This document shows positions 21,673 through 27,380 of a stretch of 27,380 bases of DNA, in pieces (positions within the stretch are counted from its first letter, which is position 1; each line of letters starts with the position of its first letter). The position numbers and the translations under genes were made by a program. The stretch lies in the IMG/VR virus record IMGVR_UViG_3300047290_000095, positions 1 through 27,380 of that record; one strand, 5' to 3'. The notes beneath the pieces are model-generated. The model searched no databases. It was given only the letters and a program-made list of their open reading frames with translations, and had not been told where the DNA came from. Source of the stretch: a virus (lineage: Duplodnaviria; Caudoviricetes).

Positions 21673-23892
21673 TTAGAACCTCACTCGTAGTTCATGTTCA
21701 AATTCAAACGTGTTCACTACAAACGCTGGGTCTGTAGAAGTCATTGTCAGACCCAAATACTTACCGTATTGCTGGGCATCTGATTTGTAAAGAGCATAAC
21801 CGTTACTTGTCAACCAGCCAATAGTTGCGCTGGAATTATTTAACCAAGTAATCGTTGCCCCAGAGTTGTTGTACCACGTGACAGCGTTGTTCAGCACGTA
21901 GGTAGGACTGGAGCCACTTTCGCTATCCACCGTCACGTTGAATGTGCCACCAGTGGTAAGCGTTGCCTCTATACCAAACTTCAGAGCTTGCTTGGTACGG
22001 ATGGGGTCTTTCATGGGAGACAAAGCCGTCTGTATCTTGCTAGACACGTTGGCAGTCGAACTGGCATAGAGCTTGTACAACGACTTGTCCGCAACTCCAT
22101 ACAGGTTGATAACTCCGCTCACAGGCGCAGAAGTTGTGTATGTGATTGCACCCTGACTGGTGATAAACCACTTCTTCTCAAAAAACACCACCTGGATGTA
22201 CCGCCCACCTGTTGCATACGGGTAGGTAGATTTGAGGTAGAAGTTGAATGCAGCGCACAGGATGTTGTTGAGCAACACCTGACCGCCAGTGACAGGCAGG
22301 GTGAAATCTATGTACGGAAACAGACCATCTAGTTGGTCAGAAATCTTGCTGGTGGTAGAACCTACCAACGCATATATGCCGTAGTTGTTCATAAACAGCA
22401 CACTGCGGAAGTAAGGGAAAACCCCATATCGCAAGTTACTGCCTACGCTGGCGCTGACGTTGGTGTTCGTGAACAGGGTTGAGCCAGTAGTAGAAACACG
22501 TAGGTCAGAGAAGACGTTGATGCTGTCTTCACCAAAGATGTAAAGGAAGTTGTTTGCCGACAGCAAAGACTTGATGTTGCCGTGCAATGTTGAGTCTGTT
22601 ATCGGGAAGTTTCCGGCAGACACAGATGTGAAGTCACTGTAGCTGCCAGCAGCAGAGTAGTAAACGGTACGCCCTGCCGCCACCCAAGTGCGGCCTGAGA
22701 ACGTGGCAACAGAGGCAATCTCATCGCTGTTCAGGATAACCGTGCCAGAAGCGTTGGAGCCAGAGCCACCAAAAGTGACAGTGCCAGCAGCCGTGTAGCC
22801 GCTGCCGGGGTTGTTCATAATCACTTGCGTGACTGCACCACCGCTAACAATGGCTGTGGCATTTGCGCCTGTACCGCCAGTGCCTGTGACAGTAACGTAG
22901 AAAGAGCCGCTAGGCCCGTATCCAGAACCGCCATTTGTTACCAGCACAGATAGCGTACCTGTGGCAAACGTCACAAGCTGGCAAATAGCTGCCGCATTCG
23001 CACCACCACCGCCTGTCAGGGTGATGGTAGGAGGCGAGGTATAGCCAGTTCCGGCGTTTGTCAGGGTGATGGAATTGACCGTACCCTTTGTCAGCACCGC
23101 AGTAGCTGCGGCTGCGCCAGAAGAAAAACTCACAGTGGGCACATTCAAATAGCCTGAGCCTGGGACAGTCACCGTGATGGCAACGACAGCACCGCCAGAG
23201 ATGGTGGCTACAGCTTGGGCTTGTGTTCCACCCTGCACATCTGGGGCAGTGATAACGACACCCGGCACAGCGGTATAGCCAGAACCCCCGGCAGTCACGT
23301 TAATGCTGGTGATACCGCCTGCGCCTGTGGTGATGGTTGCTTCTGCCGTGGCTTGTACGCCACCCGTGTCATTGGGGGCGCTGATGACTACAGAAGGTGC
23401 GGAAAGATAGCCTGAGCCTGGGTTTGTGATGCCGATAGAACCGACAGACCCCATAGACACTAAGTTTGTGCCATCCCAGTTAGACAAACCCTTTGTCGGG
23501 TCACCAATGATGACTCGCTCGTTCTTGTACTGGGCGGTGGATACGTTGGCACTGGAGAATGTGCCTGTCACAGCCACATTGCCTTTTGTGGAGTTGGTCA
23601 GGTTGAAGTATTCAGCCCGTCCGTTGTCCTCAAAAGACAAGATGTAGTCACTGACATTGATGTTAGCAGACTCCAGCGAGGTAGTCGTGTTGGCAAAGAC
23701 AACGGCATTGCCGCCAGAATCCAGCACAGCAGATTGAGCCTGGACAATCTTGATGTTGCCAAACCCAATAGGTTGGGCATTCTCTATCCAGGAGAATTCT
23801 TCTTCATCAATTGCCGTTCGGTTGGCCTTGGTGTTTAGGCCTTTGAAGTTCTTGATGACAGCATAGGACTTTTTTTGCTCTGCTGCTGCCAT
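21673..23892 (-). CDS. Tail tube/nozzle (DNA-stabilisation)-type protein with inserted GSGY repeats
   Basis: F.GLN N-terminus; propeller-like GRTWVA, VYYS and LYIFGEDSI blades; follows the adaptor gene. Confidence 0.7.
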   Translation of the reverse strand: MAAAEQKKSYAVIKNFKGLNTKANRTAIDEEEFSWIENAQPIGFGNIKIVQAQSAVLDSGGNAVVFANTTTSLESANINVSDYILSFEDNGRAEYFNLTNSTKGNVAVTGTFSSANVSTAQYKNERVIIGDPTKGLSNWDGTNLVSMGSVGSIGITNPGSGYLSAPSVVISAPNDTGGVQATAEATITTGAGGITSINVTAGGSGYTAVPGVVITAPDVQGGTQAQAVATISGGAVVAITVTVPGSGYLNVPTVSFSSGAAAATAVLTKGTVNSITLTNAGTGYTSPPTITLTGGGGANAAAICQLVTFATGTLSVLVTNGGSGYGPSGSFYVTVTGTGGTGANATAIVSGGAVTQVIMNNPGSGYTAAGTVTFGGSGSNASGTVILNSDEIASVATFSGRTWVAAGRTVYYSAAGSYSDFTSVSAGNFPITDSTLHGNIKSLLSANNFLYIFGEDSINVFSDLRVSTTGSTLFTNTNVSASVGSNLRYGVFPYFRSVLFMNNYGIYALVGSTTSKISDQLDGLFPYIDFTLPVTGGQVLLNNILCAAFNFYLKSTYPYATGGRYIQVVFFEKKWFITSQGAITYTTSAPVSGVINLYGVADKSLYKLYASSTANVSSKIQTALSPMKDPIRTKQALKFGIEATLTTGGTFNVTVDSESGSSPTYVLNNAVTWYNNSGATITWLNNSSATIGWLTSNGYALYKSDAQQYGKYLGLTMTSTDPAFVVNTFEFEHELRVRF

Positions 23893-23894
23893 GA

Positions 23895-24737
23895 TTAGTA
23901 CGGAGTTGAGTAGGGGTCTGGGATGCGCCGTGTGAAGGTGCTATTGAGCACGGCATTCACATGCTTCAGGTATTCTTGCTTGTAGATTTCTGCTTCACCA
24001 TAGCTCTGCTCTTTGTACTTGGCTTTGTAAGCTGCATAGAAAGCCACAGGTGTGGTGTAAGGGTCATTGATAGGGTCTGTTGCAGACGGGTCTGTTGCAA
24101 CAAGAGGCGTTGGCAGAATGGTGCTGTCAATCTCTATGGCGTAGGATTGGTCAGGCACAGGCCCAATGTAAATCTGAGATTGTCCATAGACTGAAAAACA
24201 CACAGGTCTGCCAACATAGTTTTGCCAATACCGCAACTGGGCATTGAAGTTTGACCAAGGCAAGTAGCGCAGGGGAATGCGACTATTGCCCCAGTACAGC
24301 GTGATGTTCAGAATGTCCAGCGTTGTGCCCGTGCTCAAAATTCCATACGGAATAATTTCAGCGGGGCCAGAGTATTGCAGGGTTGCAGTACCGTTGGTGA
24401 ACGGTGTGCTGGGCGGGAATGTGTTGTTGGCAGACGGGTACGGAGGTGCAGTCGTGTCTAACACGCCACCCGTGATGACTTCATAAATGAAAATGTTGCT
24501 GAAAACAAACTGTCCAGCAGTGACAATTTCTCCAGCAGCCCAGATACTTGCAGGTACACCCGTGTTAGAAATGGGTGTGCTTGAAATTTGTAATGTGCGT
24601 AAACAGCCTGTATCTCTCGCTACTCTCTCACGGGCGCTATTTATATCGTCCGTTAGTTCAGCGTCTGACCAGAAGACACCATTGGCATCATGCAAGAGCC
24701 GCCGGACTTCCGAGAGGTAGGAAGTAAGAGTTGCCAT
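23895..24737 (-). CDS. Head-tail adaptor (tail tubular protein A-like)
   Basis: VRRLL.D....WSD.EL...IN.A, GRP..F, IGPVPDQSY and Y.A..A motifs. Confidence 0.75.
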   Translation of the reverse strand: MATLTSYLSEVRRLLHDANGVFWSDAELTDDINSARERVARDTGCLRTLQISSTPISNTGVPASIWAAGEIVTAGQFVFSNIFIYEVITGGVLDTTAPPYPSANNTFPPSTPFTNGTATLQYSGPAEIIPYGILSTGTTLDILNITLYWGNSRIPLRYLPWSNFNAQLRYWQNYVGRPVCFSVYGQSQIYIGPVPDQSYAIEIDSTILPTPLVATDPSATDPINDPYTTPVAFYAAYKAKYKEQSYGEAEIYKQEYLKHVNAVLNSTFTRRIPDPYSTPY

Positions 24738-24749
24738 TTGGCTTCCATT

Positions 24750-25088
24750 TTAAGCTGCCCTTTGGGTAGCCTTTCCCCCGGCGGCTTTCTCAAGCCGCAG
24801 AGGTACTACGCCAACCGCCGAGGGTAACGAGCGGTTCTGTTCGGGAGCCTCTGTCTGAATATCAAATTTAGACAGCTTCTCCATTCCTTGTTCCAATTCG
24901 GAGTGAAGCCGTATCCAACCCAACCGGGCCAGATACGGTTCCTTGTTGTTGTCACCGTAACCAAAAATGTGCCGGGCAGCTTCATCAGCAATCTCGACAG
25001 TCTTCCCAGGTGGGAATTCAACTTCCTTGTAAGCGAACATTACTGTCAGCTTGTCAGGGGTGTTGTTGGTTACATAGACAACACTCAT
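24750..25088 (-). CDS. Hypothetical protein (112 aa)
   Basis: ATGA overlap in the head-tail operon. Confidence 0.75.
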   Translation of the reverse strand: MSVVYVTNNTPDKLTVMFAYKEVEFPPGKTVEIADEAARHIFGYGDNNKEPYLARLGWIRLHSELEQGMEKLSKFDIQTEAPEQNRSLPSAVGVVPLRLEKAAGGKATQRAA

Positions 25089-25495
25089 AGCGTCACAATG
25101 TCGCCGTAGACAGAAATGTCAACCGTGTTGTTTGCAGCGGCTGCCGTGTTCACACAAACAAACAAAGAACCAGAGTAGATGGTGGTTGAGGTGTTAGCCG
25201 TCAATCCCATGTCCTGGTACTTGGTTGTTGCTGTGATGTTTGCCAGCACGACAGCGTTAGACACCGCATTTGCGACTGCACCATCAGAGCTATTGATGAT
25301 GGTCACGTTTGCGAGGGCTACGCTGCCGTTGGCATTTGCCACGGTGATACGGCGAACAATGTAGCTTGTACCGATAGTCGGAATAGTCGCAACAGCATTA
25401 CCAGTTGAACCCAACCCGACAGGGGTGGAGGTAGTGCCGATGAGAATACTGCCAAAGCTATCGGGGTACAGGGAGCCTACATGGTTCGAGTTCAT
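25085..25495 (-). CDS. Putative head decoration/minor structural protein (136 aa)
   Basis: AAGGA RBS; beta-rich; two genes downstream of the MCP. Confidence 0.6.
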   Translation of the reverse strand: MNSNHVGSLYPDSFGSILIGTTSTPVGLGSTGNAVATIPTIGTSYIVRRITVANANGSVALANVTIINSSDGAVANAVSNAVVLANITATTKYQDMGLTANTSTTIYSGSLFVCVNTAAAANNTVDISVYGDIVTL

Positions 25496-25504
25496 GCCGA
25501 TTCC

Positions 25505-25828
25505 TTATGATGCGTAGGTGCTGCTGACGTTGATGCCACCGTTGGTGGTCAACAACACGACAGTACCGTTGCCAGCAACAGTGGACTGGGCAAACACGTT
25601 CACGCCGTCAGAAATCAACACGCCGCCAGTGTTATTGGCAAGCAGAGTTGAAATCGTAGCGCCGTTGTTTGCGGTCACGATGACGTTGGCAGTGGGGAAC
25701 ATCAAGTACGTACCAGCAGGAATCACTGCGCCAGCATTGGTAGCTGTAACGGTGGTGTTGCTGAAATAAGCACCAGAGGCGTTGGTGGTTGCACCAGCCA
25801 GGATGATTTTGTTAAGTGCTAGAGACAT
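25505..25828 (-). CDS. Putative capsid decoration protein (107 aa)
   Basis: AAGGAG RBS; directly after the MCP; beta-rich. Confidence 0.6.
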   Translation of the reverse strand: MSLALNKIILAGATTNASGAYFSNTTVTATNAGAVIPAGTYLMFPTANVIVTANNGATISTLLANNTGGVLISDGVNVFAQSTVAGNGTVVLLTTNGGINVSSTYAS

Positions 25829-25837
25829 GATGACTCC

Positions 25838-26839
25838 TTACAGTGAGAGGTAGTTGTAACCCGACACCACGGTCATCGACTTGGGTTTGACGTTTACCAA
25901 TTCGGCAATCATCAAAACCGCACCAACGTAACCAATCTGCCAGTTGGGGAGGGTGGATTCAAATCCAGTAAACACAAACGAACCTTGCTCATGGATGTAG
26001 AGCGACAGGTAGTTGGTATTCAGGAAGTAAACCGTACCTTCTGGGCAGTAGGGGTCAGGATAAATGGGAACACCAGCAACCATCAGGGCACGGAATGCTG
26101 CCTGGGGGCCGTTGTTGTCGCCATCAAAGCCAGAACCGGGGGTAATGACATACTGTTCTTGACCAACATAGTCTTGAGCCAGCAAAGTCCAAGTGCCAAA
26201 ACCGCAAACACCAAAGCTAGGCATTTCAGCGCCGTTTTTCACAGTGCCGGAAATGTATTGCAGGATGTTTTGACGGGTGGGGTTCACGGAACCCGCAGCA
26301 TAGGACTTGGACTGCCACCAGCTATAGGTCGAGCGGTTGATGTTGCCATAAGTGCCAGAGGCGCTAACGGCAGCAGGCAGACCGATGAACTGCTGAGTGT
26401 TGGTGGTGTTGTTGTACAACGCCGTTGCCATTGCATCCATCATCACGTTGGTTGCATCGTTCATACGAGCTTCAATCAACGGGATAATTGCTGCGTCTTG
26501 CTGAACTGCACCTTCCATACCGAGGAACGGCACGGGAGAAATCATCAGCTTCAGGTCAAACTCAGCGTTGTAAGCGCCTTGCTGGACTGACGGTTGAGCG
26601 AACGAGCCGCTGTAGTCAGACCACTGAGCATTCACAAACTGAGCGCCCTGCACGGGCACGGTTACGGAAGACACACCGCCGGAGGCTTGCTGACTGTTGG
26701 CAATCAGAGCCGCCATGAGGGGTGTCGAGTTGTAAAGCTGGACAACCAGCTTGGGGATAAAGGCTCTACGAGTAACGTAGGTCAGTTCATTGAATTGACT
26801 TGACCCTGTTGCTGGTAGGATGCCGCCGCCAATAGCCAT
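25838..26839 (-). CDS. Major capsid protein (HK97-like fold inferred)
   Basis: 333 aa; AAGGAGG RBS; L..Q.Y.STPL, F.GL, YGNI.R....WW and G.PI..DP.CP.GT.YFLN motifs; position. Confidence 0.85.
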   Translation of the reverse strand: MAIGGGILPATGSSQFNELTYVTRRAFIPKLVVQLYNSTPLMAALIANSQQASGGVSSVTVPVQGAQFVNAQWSDYSGSFAQPSVQQGAYNAEFDLKLMISPVPFLGMEGAVQQDAAIIPLIEARMNDATNVMMDAMATALYNNTTNTQQFIGLPAAVSASGTYGNINRSTYSWWQSKSYAAGSVNPTRQNILQYISGTVKNGAEMPSFGVCGFGTWTLLAQDYVGQEQYVITPGSGFDGDNNGPQAAFRALMVAGVPIYPDPYCPEGTVYFLNTNYLSLYIHEQGSFVFTGFESTLPNWQIGYVGAVLMIAELVNVKPKSMTVVSGYNYLSL

Positions 26840-26867
26840 AAGGCCTCCTTAGAAAAAAATACCCTCT

Positions 26868-27380
26868 TTACAACCCAATGGGCCGTTGCGGTTTCCGCAG
26901 GTCATTGAGTGCTTTCATTGCTTCAGAACGGGCGGCAGAAGTCGGATTCTTCCAGTAGCCCTTCAAGTCAAACTGTTGAATGACCTGGGGGTTGTAACCA
27001 GAAGAAGTCGGCACTGCTGCCTGTTTCATCCACGCATGATACTGTGCTGCTGTCTCATGGTTCGTGATACCTTGCTCCAGCATGATTTTCTCCACATCGC
27101 CTACTTCATCTTCAGAAGCAATCAGGCCTTTTTTCATCAAGGACTGACGGCGCTTTTGCAATTCTTCCATCGCATCCCGCTCACGCAACTTGGCTTCCAA
27201 AGCCTGAACACGCTCATCGGCCTTGGATACGACCTTGTGCGTGTAGTCTTCAATGTCAAGTTCGGGAATGGGGAGGTCTGGTTTGACTTTTTTGGTCATC
27301 CGCAGAAACTCTTTGCGAGTGGCGGGATTCTCAGCGAGTTGTTGGGCCAAAGCCGCTAACTCATCCCGAGCATCTGATGT
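26868..27380 (-). CDS. Scaffolding-like protein, 5' end outside the window
   Basis: Frame is open to the window edge; charged coiled-coil; directly upstream of the MCP. Confidence 0.65.
   Translation of the reverse strand, partial: TSDARDELAALAQQLAENPATRKEFLRMTKKVKPDLPIPELDIEDYTHKVVSKADERVQALEAKLRERDAMEELQKRRQSLMKKGLIASEDEVGDVEKIMLEQGITNHETAAQYHAWMKQAAVPTSSGYNPQVIQQFDLKGYWKNPTSAARSEAMKALNDLRKPQRPIGL

Larger units (their letters stand above)
1..27380. mobile_element. Tailed dsDNA bacteriophage genome segment (podovirus-like)
   Basis: Capsid, adaptor, tail, fibre, ejection-type, lysis and recombination genes in two convergent arms; dense ATGA/TAATG/TGATG overlaps; no host housekeeping genes. 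Confidence 0.95.

Noticed and set aside
25829-25870. Programmed frameshift or read-through extending the capsid protein
   Set aside because: No slippery heptamer precedes the TAA, and the next gene has its own AAGGAG RBS.
25985-26590. 201-aa + strand ORF opposite the capsid gene (likewise 26886-27359 and 18993-19430)
   Set aside because: Antisense shadow of biased codon usage; non-ATG or unsupported starts and no recognisable domains.
1-27380. Prophage/lysogeny module, tRNAs, alternative genetic code
   Set aside because: No integrase, repressor, att-like repeat or cloverleaf was recognised, and genes are intact under the standard code. Lifestyle cannot be decided from this window.

Overview
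This window is a 27.4-kb piece of a tailed dsDNA phage genome with podovirus-like, short-tail architecture. A freshwater proteobacterial host is only an inference. Two arms converge at about 10.09 kb. The + strand arm (1-10.1 kb) starts with small early genes, each behind a repeated CCTAAC(C)CTGGAG leader. It continues with a ~400-nt highly structured segment, a C5 cytosine methyltransferase encoded in two fully overlapping frames, mosaic Nin-like genes and a recombination module (YqaJ-like nuclease, RecT-like annealase, SSB-like protein, PD-(D/E)xK nuclease). It ends with a structured RNA-like element, an HNH endonuclease, a GT-A glycosyltransferase and a SAM methyltransferase. The - strand arm (27.4-10.1 kb) runs from a partial scaffold-like gene through major capsid, small head proteins, adaptor, tail tube/nozzle, fibres, four large ejection-type proteins (one with an HExxH zincin) and the lysis cassette (holin-like proteins, M15 endolysin) to small basic proteins. 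I recognised no integrase, repressor, replication initiator, helicase, primase, polymerase, tRNA or CRISPR. The best leads are: the structured RNA and pseudoknot switch at 1630-2019; the dual-frame methyltransferase; a hairpin loop at 8339-8347 that is antisense to the early-gene leader repeat; and a possible virion glycosylation system. All calls come from manual motif reading; no database search or folding program was run.
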